Notes under the pieces: model-generated | The model's input: the letters and a program-made list of their open reading frames with translations, nothing else | Databases searched by the model: none | What the model was told of the DNA's origin: nothing | DNA from: an uncultured Chloroflexia bacterium | GTDB taxonomy: Bacteria > Chloroflexota > Limnocylindria > Limnocylindrales > CSP1-4 | DNA: 64,000 nucleotides | Direction of reading: 5' to 3' | NCBI GenBank assembly: GCA_963713075.1 | Contig: CAVQKO010000013.1 | Span: forward strand, 81,487 to 145,486 | Shown: positions 38,101 to 48,800 of the stretch, in pieces | How the letters are laid out: each line of letters begins with the position of its first letter | Numbering within the stretch: the first letter of the stretch is position 1 | Made by a program: the position numbers and the translations under genes

Positions 38101-38275
38101 CCATGGGCCCTGGTAGCCGACGTCACGGGCGCACGGCCGCGTTGCGCACCAGGCCGGCCACCACGACCGCTTCCGGAGCAGAGCGCATGGACCGGGGCCG
38201 CCAATCGCCGGGCTCCTCCTCGCGGGTGGGCGACGGCAGCGGGGATGCGACGGGCGCAGCAGCGCCGTGTAGCCC

Positions 38276-39031
38276 TCAGCCGGGCTCCGCGCGCCCGAGC
38301 CGCTCGATCCGCAGGGTCGGGCCGTCGTGCAGGACCGGCACGGTGGCCGTCACGTCGACGGCGGCGCAGAACGCAATGTCGGCGGCCTGCCCGATCTGGT
38401 GCAGGGTGCGGCCGCCGTCCGAGGCCTCGAGGGCAGCCTCCATCGACGCATAGCCGGCGCCCAGCCGGCGCGCGGCGGTCGCCGCGTCGGTGAGCGACGT
38501 CTCCGTGCCCTGCCGCTCGGCGTGCTCGACGATGCGGGACGCGATGAGGCCCGCCGCGACGGCGTCCTCGAGCACGAACCGGCGCTCGCGGCCGGCGCAC
38601 ACGATCCGGATCCCCGTGTCGTGCGCCCGGGCGAGGTCGATGGCCGCCTCTGCGCAGGCGCGGGCGTTGCGGAGACACCCGACGAGCACGTGCGGCGAGC
38701 CGCGAACGGCGCGCAGGATTGCCGTGCCGTTCGTCGTGGACAGCACGACGCTGCGGCCCTGCAGGTCCGCACGCTCCAGCATCGTGGGCGAGTTGTCGAA
38801 GTCGAAGCCGCGGGGCCGAAGCGCATGGCGCTCGCCGACGAGGATGCTGTCCGTGGCGCGGCCGAGCCTTCGGGCCGCATCGAGCCCGCCCTCGATATAG
38901 ACGGTGGTCGCCCCGAGGTCGAGGAGCGTTGTCAGGGTTGTGCTCGCCCGGATCTCGTCGACGACGACCAGCACGGCCGCGCTGTGGGCGGGCACCGCGT
39001 CCGGCACCAGCGCGACGTCGAGCTCGATCAT
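38276..39031 (-). CDS. 2-phosphosulfolactate phosphatase (ComB) family protein
   Basis: ATG at 39031 with GAGGGG 7 nt upstream. 'MIELDVALVPD...VVVVDEIRASTTLTTLLDLGA...FDFDNSP...LSTTNGT'. Confidence 0.7.
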   Translation of the reverse strand: MIELDVALVPDAVPAHSAAVLVVVDEIRASTTLTTLLDLGATTVYIEGGLDAARRLGRATDSILVGERHALRPRGFDFDNSPTMLERADLQGRSVVLSTTNGTAILRAVRGSPHVLVGCLRNARACAEAAIDLARAHDTGIRIVCAGRERRFVLEDAVAAGLIASRIVEHAERQGTETSLTDAATAARRLGAGYASMEAALEASDGGRTLHQIGQAADIAFCAAVDVTATVPVLHDGPTLRIERLGRAEPG

Positions 39032-39435
39032 CGCGGCACCCCTCGCACCGTCCCGACGGAGGCCGCGCGCCGCGGTCGAGCGCGCACAGGCCGGGACGAC
39101 CACGCTGCCCCCAGGGTCACGGTGAGCGGCAGAGGGCCCAGGCGATCCATGACGCCATTCTTGCATCCGCGGACGACGCACCCGGCTGCGGGCTCCCACG
39201 GCGCCGGCTCGACCGACTCGCCGGACTGGACCGCCTCCGCTCGCTCTCTGGTGGCGGCCGTCGCCGCGCGATGCGACGATCAGACCCGGGTGTCCTTGCG
39301 ATCGTTCTGCGATCGGCCGCCGCGACGCTGCCGACCTGCGGACGCGGCCCGCCGGCGCCGCGACAGACGAAGTGCGGACGGTGGCGCCGAAAGCCGTCGA
39401 TGGCTCTCGGCACCGTCAGAACAGCGACGGCTCCG

Positions 39436-40101
39436 ATGACCGGTCGAGCACACAGACGCCTCAGCCGCCGGGCCGGTTGCGCGGAGCGGCCCGGGCGGGT
39501 CCGTCGGGGGATCGCCGTCGGATTCCTCGCATGCCTCCTCCTGGCAGCCTGTTCGGGAGCCGCCGCCACGACCCCCGTGCCAGGGAGCACCGGGCCGGGC
39601 ACCCCGAGCGACACGCCGCAGACGGGGACGACCGAGCCCGTGTCCGCCGCAGGTGCGATCGACGTCTGCGCCGTCGTGACGGCGGCCGACGTCGCCCCGC
39701 TCTTCTCGGGCGCCGTGACGGCGACCGCCGAGCAGGGCCTGACCGGCACGGCATCCGGCTGCTCGTACGCCTCGACGCAGACCGGCGAGGGCATCGCGAT
39801 GGAGGTCGTGACAGGAGACGCGGCGTCCACCTACTGGAGTGGGAACACGCCGCCGAGCGGCAACGCTGACACGATCCCCGTGGCCGGCATCGGGGACAAG
39901 GCGATGCGCGCGCCGGACGGGCCGGACTTCGTGTCGATCAAGGGCTCCGTCTTCTGCGAGATCGAGGACGGGTCCGAGAACCCCGCAACGTTCAACGGCC
40001 TGCCGACCCCGGACGCGAACAACACCTGGGCGGCCGACGCGGCGACGGCTTTCGCCCAGAAGGTCGGATCGCTCTGCAACAAGGTCTTCGCCAGCCAGTG
40101 A
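39436..40101 (+). CDS. lipoprotein (DUF3558-like)
   Basis: Lipobox 'LLAACSG'. The mature region is Pro/Thr-rich, with 'CAVVTAADVAPLF...GCSY...CE...LCN' conserved Cys residues. Confidence 0.6.
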   Translation: MTGRAHRRLSRRAGCAERPGRVRRGIAVGFLACLLLAACSGAAATTPVPGSTGPGTPSDTPQTGTTEPVSAAGAIDVCAVVTAADVAPLFSGAVTATAEQGLTGTASGCSYASTQTGEGIAMEVVTGDAASTYWSGNTPPSGNADTIPVAGIGDKAMRAPDGPDFVSIKGSVFCEIEDGSENPATFNGLPTPDANNTWAADAATAFAQKVGSLCNKVFASQ

Positions 40102-40274
40102 GGTTGCGGCAGTCCTTGGTCCACGGGAGGGACGACGGCCCACCCGCGGCGGGCGGCTGGGCCGACAGCATCGCTTGACCGTTCGCGCGGCGAGGGCCAG
40201 AGTGACCCCAAGATCCATCCGGCCCGCGAGGCGCGTCCCGCCGACCGGCAGCTCGACAGACCGGAGCCGCTCGC

Positions 40275-41471
40275 ATGACCAAGACCGTTCACGATCCCGC
40301 CCCGGCGGGCCCGATCGGCACGCCCGCCGCCAACCAGTCGGGCGCCCGCGTCAACCCTGACGCCTACGCGGAGGCCGAGGACTTCCTCCCGCTCGACGGG
40401 ATCGACCACGTCGAGTTCTGGGTCGGCAACGCCCGCCAGGCGTCGGCCTACTTCCGCGCCTTGTGGGGCTTCACCCCAGTTGCCTTCGCCGGCCTCGAGA
40501 CAGGCGTCCGCGATCGCGCCAGCTACGTTCTCCAGCAGCACGACATCCGCCTCGTGATCACGGCGCCGCTCACCCCGGACGGCGAGATCGCCGAGCATGT
40601 CCGGCTCCACGGCGACGGCGTGCACGACATCGCCTTCGCGGTCGGGGACGCCGCGGCGGCGTGGCGCGAGACGACCGCCCGCGGGGCGCGCTCGGCCGCC
40701 GTCCCGCGCGAGCTCGACGGGGGTGAGGACGGTGTCCTGCGGGTCAGCTCGGTGTTCACCTACGGCGAGGTCCGCCACTCCTTCGTGGACCGCCGCGAGT
40801 ATCGCGGCGTCTTCGCGCCGGGCTATCGCCGGATCCGCAAGCCCGCGCGCGCCGCCGGCGGCCTGAGCCTGCTCGAGATCGACCACTGCGTCGGCAACGT
40901 CGACCTCGGCGAGATGGACCGGTTCGTGGAGTTCTACCGCGACGTGTTCGGCTTCGCGCAGCTGATCCACTATGACGACAAGGTCATCCACACCGAGTAC
41001 AGCGCCCTGATGTCCAAGGTGATGACCAACGGCAACGGGCGCATCAAGTTCCCGATCAACGAGCCGGCGACTGGACGCAAGAAGAGCCAGATCCAGGAGT
41101 TCCTCGACTGGTACCACGCGGCGGGCACGCAGCACATCGCGCTGCGCACCGACGACATCGTGGCCACGGTCCGCCAGCTGCGCGACAACGGCGTCGAGTT
41201 CCTGGGCATGCCGCACGCCTACTACGAGTCCCTCGCGGGCCGGGTGGGCGACGTCGGCGTGCCGATGGACGTGCTCGAGGAGCTCGGGATCGAGGCCGAC
41301 CGCGACGAGGAGGGCTACCTCCTCCAGATCTTCACGCGGCCGATCCAGGACCGTCCGACGTTCTTCTTCGAGATCATCGAGCGCCACGGGTCGCGCGGCT
41401 TCGGGGTGGGCAATTTCAAGGCCCTGTTCGAGGCGATCGAGCTCGAGCAGCGCCGGCGCGGCAACCTGTAG
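40275..41471 (+). CDS. hppD: 4-hydroxyphenylpyruvate dioxygenase
   Basis: Two VOC modules: 'IDHVEFWVGNARQ' and 'IDHCVGNV', followed by 'GTQHIALRTDDI...LLQIFT...FFFEIIERHGSRGFGVGNFKALFEAIE'. Confidence 0.9.
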   Translation: MTKTVHDPAPAGPIGTPAANQSGARVNPDAYAEAEDFLPLDGIDHVEFWVGNARQASAYFRALWGFTPVAFAGLETGVRDRASYVLQQHDIRLVITAPLTPDGEIAEHVRLHGDGVHDIAFAVGDAAAAWRETTARGARSAAVPRELDGGEDGVLRVSSVFTYGEVRHSFVDRREYRGVFAPGYRRIRKPARAAGGLSLLEIDHCVGNVDLGEMDRFVEFYRDVFGFAQLIHYDDKVIHTEYSALMSKVMTNGNGRIKFPINEPATGRKKSQIQEFLDWYHAAGTQHIALRTDDIVATVRQLRDNGVEFLGMPHAYYESLAGRVGDVGVPMDVLEELGIEADRDEEGYLLQIFTRPIQDRPTFFFEIIERHGSRGFGVGNFKALFEAIELEQRRRGNL

Positions 41472-41526
41472 CCGAGACATCCCGCAGGGACATGGCGAGG
41501 TTGCCCGCGGTGGCTACCATCGCGCG

Positions 41527-42390
41527 ATGGCCGCGCTCGATGACTTCTGGGGCTTCGACGACCCGATCGCCTACGAGGCCCGCTGCCGGGAGGCGATCAC
41601 CGAAGCCGAGGGCGCCGGCAACGCCCCCGCCGCAGACGAGGCCAGGACGCAGCTCGCTCGAGCGCTGGGCCTCCAAGGCCGGTTCGACGAGGCGCACGCG
41701 GTTCTCGACGCCGTGGATGCCGCGCACGCAGGCGTGGATCGGGTCCGGGTCCGTGCTCGCCTCGAGCGTGGCCGCCTCCGCCGGACCAGTGGCGACGTGC
41801 CGGCTTCGGTGCCCCACTTCGAGGCGGCCTGGACGCTCGCGCAGACGCTGGGCGAGGACGGGCTCGCGGTCGACGCCGCCCACATGCTCGCCATCGTCGA
41901 TGCCGCGCCTGGCGAGCCTGCCTGGCACGAGCGCGCTCTCGCGCTCGCAGGGACCTCGCCCGATCCGGCGGCGCGACGCTGGCGCGGCAGCCTGTGGAAC
42001 AACGTCGGCTGGGCCCGTTTCGAGGCAGGCGAGTACGAGCAGGCGCTGGCAGCCTTCCAGACGGCGCTTTCCGCGCGGCGCGAGCAGGGCAGGCCCAAGG
42101 AGACGCGCATCGCCGAGTGGTGCGTGGCCCGGGCACAACGGGCGCTCGGGCGCACCGAGGAGGCACTCGCCATCCAGCTGCGCCTTGCGGACGAGGTGGC
42201 GGCCGCGGGCGACGCCGAGGACGGGTACCTGTCCGAGGAGATCGGCGAGTGCCTGCTGGAGCTCGGTCGGGCGGACGAGGCGCGCCCGGCATTCGCACGG
42301 GCGGCCGAGCTGTTGGGCGCCGACGGGTGGCTCGCGGAGCACGAGCCCGAGCGGATCGCCCGACTCCGGGAGATCGGCGCCCGCGGCTGA
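41527..42390 (+). CDS. tetratricopeptide-repeat protein
   Basis: Repeated helical 'A..L..A..L.G..D.A' pattern in a 287-aa acidic protein. Confidence 0.55.
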   Translation: MAALDDFWGFDDPIAYEARCREAITEAEGAGNAPAADEARTQLARALGLQGRFDEAHAVLDAVDAAHAGVDRVRVRARLERGRLRRTSGDVPASVPHFEAAWTLAQTLGEDGLAVDAAHMLAIVDAAPGEPAWHERALALAGTSPDPAARRWRGSLWNNVGWARFEAGEYEQALAAFQTALSARREQGRPKETRIAEWCVARAQRALGRTEEALAIQLRLADEVAAAGDAEDGYLSEEIGECLLELGRADEARPAFARAAELLGADGWLAEHEPERIARLREIGARG

Positions 42391-42457
42391 CCGGGGAGGA
42401 CGCCACGCCGTGCTGACCCTGCAGCGCCGTTGCCGCGCCCGCGTACACTCCAAGGCC

Positions 42458-43501
42458 ATGCGCCTCGCACACATCCGCGAACGCCACGCGCCCGCCGGCG
42501 CTCCGTGGCGCCTCGCCGCCGCGCTCGACCCCGCCGCGACGAGCTGGCTCGACATCGAGGTCGCGCGTCGCCGGGCGGTCGCTGCCAATCGCAACCTCGC
42601 CCATGACAGCGCCCTCCACCGCCAGCCGGTGACGACCCTCGACGACCACCTCGCCCGCGGGCTCCGCGTGGAGGCCCTGGAGGACCTCGTCCTGGCCTTC
42701 ACCCCGCGTGCGGACGAGGACGAGGACGACGCTATCCTCGATGCTGACGATCTCGACTTCGGGCCGCCGATCCTGCGGCCCCCGTCGGTCCGCGACTTCT
42801 ACGCCTTCGAGGGGCACGTGGGAACGATGTGGCGGCGGCGGGGCCAGGAGATCCCCGAGGCGTGGTACCGGCTGCCGATCTTCTACTTCTCGAACACGTC
42901 CGAGCTGCGCGGGCCGGGCGAGGCTGTCTGGGCGCCCCGCGGCAGCAGCGAGCTCGACTACGAGCTGGAGGTGGCCGCCCTGATCGACGCGCCGGTCCTG
43001 AACCTGTCCGAGGAGCAGTGTGAGGAGGCGATCGGCGGCTTCTTCGTGCTCAACGACTGGTCGGCGCGCGATCTCCAGCGCGACGAGTCGACGGTCCGGC
43101 TGGGCCCCGCCAAGGGCAAGGACTTCGCGACCTCGCTGGGCCCGTGGCTGGTGACGCCCGAGGAGCTGGCCGACCGCCGCGCGCCGGGCTATGCGATGCC
43201 CGACCTCGTCATGACCGCCACCGTCCGGACGCCGGACGGTCGGGTTGTCGAAACGTCGCGGGGGACGCTCGCGTCCGCGCACCACGGGTTCGGCGCGATG
43301 GTGGCCCGCGCCTCGGCGGACGTGCACCTGCGTCCGGGCGAGGTCCTCGGCAGCGGGACGGTTGGCGGTGGCTGCCTGCTCGAGGTCCGGGAGGCGACCC
43401 TCGGCCGCTACCTCGAGCCGGGCGACGAGGTCACGCTCGAGGTGGAGCGGCTCGGGCGCCTCGTGACCCCGGTGATCGCCGACCCTGCGGGTCGCTCCTA
43501 G
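42458..43501 (+). CDS. fumarylacetoacetate hydrolase (FAH) family protein
   Basis: Internal ATG of track ORF 41492..43501. 'YELEVAALI', 'GFFVLNDWSARDLQ' and 'GPAKGKDFATSLGPWLVT' are FAH-fold blocks. Confidence 0.8.
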   Translation: MRLAHIRERHAPAGAPWRLAAALDPAATSWLDIEVARRRAVAANRNLAHDSALHRQPVTTLDDHLARGLRVEALEDLVLAFTPRADEDEDDAILDADDLDFGPPILRPPSVRDFYAFEGHVGTMWRRRGQEIPEAWYRLPIFYFSNTSELRGPGEAVWAPRGSSELDYELEVAALIDAPVLNLSEEQCEEAIGGFFVLNDWSARDLQRDESTVRLGPAKGKDFATSLGPWLVTPEELADRRAPGYAMPDLVMTATVRTPDGRVVETSRGTLASAHHGFGAMVARASADVHLRPGEVLGSGTVGGGCLLEVREATLGRYLEPGDEVTLEVERLGRLVTPVIADPAGRS

Positions 43502-43534
43502 ACTGGTGCCCTGACGCGAGGAGGCCTTCGTCCC

Positions 43535-44758
43535 ATGTTCTACGTCTCCCGCGGGAGCGTCCCGCCCACGCGGCACACGCAGCACCGCGCGCCCGACGGC
43601 AGCCTGTACGCGGAGGAGCTGTTCGGCGTCGAGGGGTTCACCGGCCGGAGCTCGCTGCTCTACCACCTCGTCCCGCCGACGCGCGTGACGCGCATCGAGC
43701 CGCTTGGCGCGGTGGCCGTCGAGACTGCCGATGACGGATCGCACCACCACCAGCTCATCGACGCCGCCGGACTCGAGCCCGCAGGCGACGCCCTCAGCGG
43801 GCGCGTGCCGCTGTTCCACAACGCCGATGTCGTGATGGGCGTGGTCCGCCCCAGCGAGGCGATGCCCGCCGACACCTTCTACCGCAATGGCGAGGGCGAC
43901 GAGATGCTCTTCGTCCATGAGGGGACGGGCACGCTGCGGACCAGCTTCGGCGACCTGGTCTACCACCCGGGCGACTACCTGGTCCTGCCGATCGGCACCA
44001 CATGGCGCCTGGATCCCGACCCAGGTTCCGCGCAGCGGATGCTCTACCTCGAGTGCCCCTCGGAGCTCGAGCCGCCACGCCGCTACCGCAACGAGTACGG
44101 GCAGCTCCTGGAGCACTCGCCCTACTCGCAGCGCGACATCCGTGTGCCGGAGCTTGGGGACGCGCACGCCGAGCAGGGCGACTACCGGGTGATCGTGCGC
44201 GCGCGCGGCCGCCACACCGCCTACCACTTCGCCAGCCACCCGTTCGACGTGGTGGGCTGGGACGGCTACCTGTGGCCGTTCGCCTTCGACATCGCCGACT
44301 TCCAGCCCATCACCGGCCGCGTCCACCAGCCGCCGCCCGTGCACCAGACGTTCCAGGCCCGCAACTTCGTGGTCTGCTCGTTCGTGCCCCGCAAGTTCGA
44401 CTACCACCCGCTCGCGATCCCCGCCCCGTACAACCACTCGAACATCAACAGCGACGAGGTCATCTACTACGTGGCCGGCAACTTCATGAGCCGGCGCGGC
44501 GTGGGCGTGGCGTCGTTCACGCTCCACCCGGGCGGCATCCCGCACGGGCCGCACCCGGGGACCGTCGAGGCATCCATCGGCAAGGAGGCCACCGAGGAGC
44601 TGGCGGTGATGGTGGACACGTTCCGGCCGCTGTACCTGACCCCGCAGGCTGCGGCGCTCGAGAACCCGGCCTACCCGTACACCTGGCTCGAATCGACCGA
44701 GGCTTCCGAGGAGGCGCGTGGTCTGGCCGAGCGGGGCCCGGAAGCATTCCCGGACTGA
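43535..44758 (+). CDS. hmgA: homogentisate 1,2-dioxygenase
   Basis: 'NGEGDEMLFVHEGTGTLRTSFGDL', 'FVPRKFDYHP' and 'SFTLHPGGIPHGPHPG'. Confidence 0.9.
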   Translation: MFYVSRGSVPPTRHTQHRAPDGSLYAEELFGVEGFTGRSSLLYHLVPPTRVTRIEPLGAVAVETADDGSHHHQLIDAAGLEPAGDALSGRVPLFHNADVVMGVVRPSEAMPADTFYRNGEGDEMLFVHEGTGTLRTSFGDLVYHPGDYLVLPIGTTWRLDPDPGSAQRMLYLECPSELEPPRRYRNEYGQLLEHSPYSQRDIRVPELGDAHAEQGDYRVIVRARGRHTAYHFASHPFDVVGWDGYLWPFAFDIADFQPITGRVHQPPPVHQTFQARNFVVCSFVPRKFDYHPLAIPAPYNHSNINSDEVIYYVAGNFMSRRGVGVASFTLHPGGIPHGPHPGTVEASIGKEATEELAVMVDTFRPLYLTPQAAALENPAYPYTWLESTEASEEARGLAERGPEAFPD

Positions 44759-44763
44759 TCGCC

Positions 44764-45939
44764 ATGGACTTCGACCACCACGACCCGGCATTCGTCCGCG
44801 ACCCCGCGAGCATCTTCGAGCCCATCCGGGAGGAGCACCCGCTCCTGCACTCGGACCGGTACGGCGGCTTCTGGCTGCTCACGCGCTACGAGGACGTGGC
44901 CGCCGCGGCGATCGACCACGAGGCGTTCACCTCAGCCGTGGCGGGGACAACGCTCATCCCGCCGACGCAGCCGCGGACCGACCCGCTGCTCCCGATCGAG
45001 CTCGACCCGCCTGAGCACACGCGGTACCGGGCGCTCGTCAACCCGGTCTTCGCCAAGCCGCGGATCGACGCGCTGCGCTCCGACCTCGAGGCGCTCGCCA
45101 CGCGGCTCCTGGAGCCGTTCGCGCGCAAGGGCGGGGGCGACGTGATGGCCGAGTTCGCGTACCCGATGTCGCTCGGCTCGCTCGCGCGCCTGATGGACCT
45201 GCCGGAGGAGGACGAGGACCGCTGGTTCGACTGGGTGGAGCGGATGTACTCGAATGCGCTGCTCGACGCGGACGACCACGCAGCGGCGGCGCGCGACGCG
45301 GAGGCGTACATCGGAGAGCGCATCGCCGAGCGCAGGGAGGACCGGCGCGACGACTTCCTCGGGATGCTCCTGACGGCCGAGGTCGAGGGCCGCCGCCTGT
45401 CCGACCTCGAGGTGCGCCAGTTCGGGATGCTGATGCTCCTCGCGGGCTACGAGACGACGTCGGGCGCGATGGGCATGAGCCTGCTCCACCTCGCGCAGCA
45501 CCCGGAGCTGCGTGCGCAGCTGTTCGGCGACGCGGACGGGCTCAAGCACACCGCGGTCAACGAGCTCCTGCGGTACGTCTCGCCGGTGCAGGTCTTCGGC
45601 CGGAACGCGGCCCACGATGTCAGACTCCACGGACAGACGATCCCCGCCGGCGACGTGGTCCTGCTCGGGTACGGCGCGGCGAACCGGGATCCGCGCGTCT
45701 TCGACGAGCCCGGACGCTGCATCCTCGACCGCCACCCGAACCGCCATGTGGCGTTCGGCCACGGCCGCCACCTGTGCCTCGGCGCGAACCTCGCGAGGCT
45801 CGAGCTCACGATCATGATCGAGCACTTCGCGGCCCTGTTCCCGGAGTTCCGGGTCGATCCCCAGCTTGCCCCAACATGGAAGCCACGCGGCGACGTCCGG
45901 GCGCTCGCGTCGCTGCACCTTCTGGCCGAGCCCGGGTAG
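44764..45939 (+). CDS. cytochrome P450
   Basis: 'AGYETTS' in the I-helix, an 'ELLRY' ExxR motif, and heme ligand loop 'FGHGRHLCLGANLARLE'. Confidence 0.85.
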   Translation: MDFDHHDPAFVRDPASIFEPIREEHPLLHSDRYGGFWLLTRYEDVAAAAIDHEAFTSAVAGTTLIPPTQPRTDPLLPIELDPPEHTRYRALVNPVFAKPRIDALRSDLEALATRLLEPFARKGGGDVMAEFAYPMSLGSLARLMDLPEEDEDRWFDWVERMYSNALLDADDHAAAARDAEAYIGERIAERREDRRDDFLGMLLTAEVEGRRLSDLEVRQFGMLMLLAGYETTSGAMGMSLLHLAQHPELRAQLFGDADGLKHTAVNELLRYVSPVQVFGRNAAHDVRLHGQTIPAGDVVLLGYGAANRDPRVFDEPGRCILDRHPNRHVAFGHGRHLCLGANLARLELTIMIEHFAALFPEFRVDPQLAPTWKPRGDVRALASLHLLAEPG

Positions 45940-46010
45940 GCGGGGCATGGGCGGGCTGCCCGCCGTGCGCACGAGGGAGCGAGGTCGAACCGCCGTGAGA
46001 TACTCCGGCC

Positions 46011-47165
46011 GTGGATCTCGACCTCCCCGGCGAGCACGCGCTCCTCCGCACCACCGTCCGCGAGTTCATGGCCGACGAGGTTGCGCCCCTCGTGGACGCC
46101 CACGAGCGCGAGCGCCGCTTCCCGGTTGAGGTCGTGCGCCGGATCGGCGAGATGGGGTGGCTGGGCATCCCCGTGCCGGAGCGCTGGGGCGGCGCCGGGA
46201 TGGACACCCTCGCGTATGCGGTCGCGGTCGAGGAGATCGCCCGCGTGTGGGGCTCCCTCGCGCTGATCGTTGCGGCCCACACGTCGCTCGCGTGCGGCGG
46301 CGTGCTCCTGGCTGGGACCGACGAGCAGCGCGACGCCTACCTGCGGTCGATGGCCAGTGGCCAGGTCCTCGGCGGGTACGGGCTGACCGAGCCGGGAGCG
46401 GGCTCGGACGCGGGCGGGATCCGTACGACCGCCAGCCGGGACGGCGACGGCTGGGTCATCGACGGGTCGAAGCGGTTCATCACCAATGCCGGCCAGGCCG
46501 GCACGTACGTGGTGGCGGCGCGGACCGGGACCGCCGCCGACGGCCGGCCGCAGGTCGGCGCCTTCATCGTCCCTGCCGACACGCCCGGCTTCTCGGTCGG
46601 GCGGCTGGAGGACAAGCTCGGGCTGCACGCGTCGGCAACGGGCGAGCTGCAATTCGACGCGGTGCGGGTGCCGGGCGCCAACGTCCTCGGCGACCCGACA
46701 GCCGGGTACCGGCTGTTCCTGCAGATCCTCGACGGCGGGCGCATCTCGATCGGCGCCCTCGCGGTCGGGCTGGGCCAGGCGGCGCTCGACGCGGCCGTCC
46801 CGTACGCGCGCGAGCGCTCCCAGTTCGGCCGGCCGATCGGCACGTTCGAGGCGGTGGCCTTCCGGATCGCGGACATGGCCACCGAGATCGAGGCCGCGCG
46901 CGCGCTCGTCTACCGGGCGGCGTGGCTGCGGGACCAGGGCCGCGAGTTCGGGCTGGCGGCATCGCAGGCCAAGCTGTTCGCGTCGGAGGCGGCGGCGCGG
47001 GCGACCAACGCCGCGCTGCTCACCCACGGCGGCTACGGGTACATCGAGGACTACCCGGTGGGGCGCTTCCTGCGCGACGCGAAGCTGACCGAGATCGGCG
47101 AGGGGACCAGCGACATCCAGCGGCTCGTCATCGCGCGCCACATCCTCGGCCTTCGCGTGGCCTAG
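46011..47165 (+). CDS. acyl-CoA dehydrogenase (isovaleryl-CoA dehydrogenase-like)
   Basis: 'GLTEPGAGSD', 'GSKRFITNA' and 'EIGEGTSDIQRLVIAR'. GTG start. Confidence 0.9.
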   Translation: MDLDLPGEHALLRTTVREFMADEVAPLVDAHERERRFPVEVVRRIGEMGWLGIPVPERWGGAGMDTLAYAVAVEEIARVWGSLALIVAAHTSLACGGVLLAGTDEQRDAYLRSMASGQVLGGYGLTEPGAGSDAGGIRTTASRDGDGWVIDGSKRFITNAGQAGTYVVAARTGTAADGRPQVGAFIVPADTPGFSVGRLEDKLGLHASATGELQFDAVRVPGANVLGDPTAGYRLFLQILDGGRISIGALAVGLGQAALDAAVPYARERSQFGRPIGTFEAVAFRIADMATEIEAARALVYRAAWLRDQGREFGLAASQAKLFASEAAARATNAALLTHGGYGYIEDYPVGRFLRDAKLTEIGEGTSDIQRLVIARHILGLRVA

Positions 47166-48800
47166 GTGGTCGTCCTCGCGTCGCGCCTGGACCCCGCCTC
47201 GCCCGACGCGCGTGCCAACGAGGCCGCGATGCGCGGGCTGGTCGAGGAGCTGCGGGCCAAGACAGCCGCTGTGGCCGGTCGCGGCGCCGCCGGCGACGAC
47301 GAGGCGATCGCACGCCACCGCTCCCGCGGCAAGCTGCGGGTCCGCGAGCGGATCGAGCGGCTGCTCGACCCGGGCGCCGCGTTCCTCGAGCTCTCGCCGC
47401 TCGCCGCCGACGGGATGCACGAGGGCCAGGCGCCCGGGGCCGGCATCGTCACCGGCCTCGGCCCGGTTGAGGGCCGGCTGTGCGTCATCGTGGCCAACGA
47501 CGCCACGGTCAAGGGCGGCAGCTACCTGCCCGAGACCGTCAAGAAGCACCTGCGGGCGCAGGAGGTGGCGCTCGAGAACCGGCTCCCGTGCCTGTACCTC
47601 GTCGATTCCGGCGGCGCCTACCTGCCGCTCCAGGCGGAGGTGTTCCCCGACCGCGACCACTTCGGCCGGATCTTCTACAACCAGGCACGCATGTCGGCCC
47701 TGGGCATCCCGCAGGTGGCCCTGGTGATGGGCTCGTGCACCGCGGGCGGCGCGTACATCCCGGCGATGAGCGACGAGACGGTGATCGTGCGCGGCACCGG
47801 GACGATCTTCCTGGGCGGCCCGCCGCTCGTGCGCGCCGCGACGGGCGAGGTCGTGAGCGCCGAGGAGCTCGGGGGCTCGGCGGTGCACGCGCGGACGAGC
47901 GGCGTGGCCGACCACGAGGCGCTCGACGACGACCACGCGCTCGCGATCGCCCGCTCCATCGTGCGCCACCTGGGCGGCCGGACGCCCGTGCCGCCGTGGG
48001 AGCGGCTCGCCCCGCGACCCCCGGCGATCGACCCGGCCGGCGGCGACGGCGTGGCGTCGCTGTACGGCGCGGTCTCCGCCGATCCCCGCCGCGCCGTCGG
48101 CGTGCGGGAGGTGATCGCCCGCCTCGTCGACGGCTCCGAGCTCCACGAGTTCAAGGCCGCGTACGGCGAGACGCTCGTCTGCGGGTTCGCCCACCTCGAC
48201 GGCTGGCCGGTCGCGATCCTGGCCAACGACGGAATCCTGTTCTCTGCGTCCGCCCTCAAGGGCGCCCATTTCATCGAGCTGGCGGCCCAGCGCCGTGTGC
48301 CGCTGGTGTTCCTCCAGAACATCACCGGGTTCATGGTCGGGCGCGACGCCGAGGCGGGCGGGATCGCGAAGGACGGGGCCAAGCTGGTGACCGCCGTCGC
48401 GGGCGCCGAGGTGCCCAAGTTCACGGTGCTGATCGGCGGGTCGTTCGGCGCCGGCAACTATGCGATGGCGGGCCGGGCATACGCGCCGCGCTTCCTCTGG
48501 AGCTGGCCGAACGCCCGCATCTCGGTCATGGGCGGTCGCCAGGCGGCGCGCGTGCTCTCGACCGTGCGCGCGTCGTCACTCCCGGGCGGGGCATGGGCGT
48601 CCGACGAAGAGCGGGACGCCTTCGAGTCGCCGATCCTCGAGCGTTACGAGGCGGAGGGCAACCCCTACTACGCCACGGCGCGGCTGTGGGACGACGGGAT
48701 CATCGACCCGCTCGACACGCGCCGCGTGCTGGCGATGGGCATCGAGGCGGCGGTGCAGGCGCCGATCCCGGCGTCTCGCTTCGGCGTGTTCCGGATGTGA
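47166..48800 (+). CDS. methylcrotonyl-CoA carboxylase beta subunit (carboxyltransferase)
   Basis: GTG directly after the upstream TAG. '[16 protein letters not shown]', '[14 protein letters not shown]' and 'RISVMGG' are carboxyltransferase blocks. Confidence 0.9.
   Translation: MVVLASRLDPASPDARANEAAMRGLVEELRAKTAAVAGRGAAGDDEAIARHRSRGKLRVRERIERLLDPGAAFLELSPLAADGMHEGQAPGAGIVTGLGPVEGRLCVIVANDATVKGGSYLPETVKKHLRAQEVALENRLPCLYLVDSGGAYLPLQAEVFPDRDHFGRIFYNQARMSALGIPQVALVMGSCTAGGAYIPAMSDETVIVRGTGTIFLGGPPLVRAATGEVVSAEELGGSAVHARTSGVADHEALDDDHALAIARSIVRHLGGRTPVPPWERLAPRPPAIDPAGGDGVASLYGAVSADPRRAVGVREVIARLVDGSELHEFKAAYGETLVCGFAHLDGWPVAILANDGILFSASALKGAHFIELAAQRRVPLVFLQNITGFMVGRDAEAGGIAKDGAKLVTAVAGAEVPKFTVLIGGSFGAGNYAMAGRAYAPRFLWSWPNARISVMGGRQAARVLSTVRASSLPGGAWASDEERDAFESPILERYEAEGNPYYATARLWDDGIIDPLDTRRVLAMGIEAAVQAPIPASRFGVFRM

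Noticed and set aside
9887-38116. Short peptides beginning 'MTxRHD' (e.g. MTGRHDGR, MTDRHDAH, MTQRHDVP*, ORF 37910..38116)
   Set aside because: They are a by-product of translating the ATGACGnnCGTCATGAC palindrome itself. They have inconsistent lengths and frames, so they are not a conserved leader peptide.
41597-44791. 1064-aa minus-strand ORF antisense to the TPR, FAH and hmgA genes
   Set aside because: Low-complexity Arg-rich translation. The plus-strand genes are well supported.
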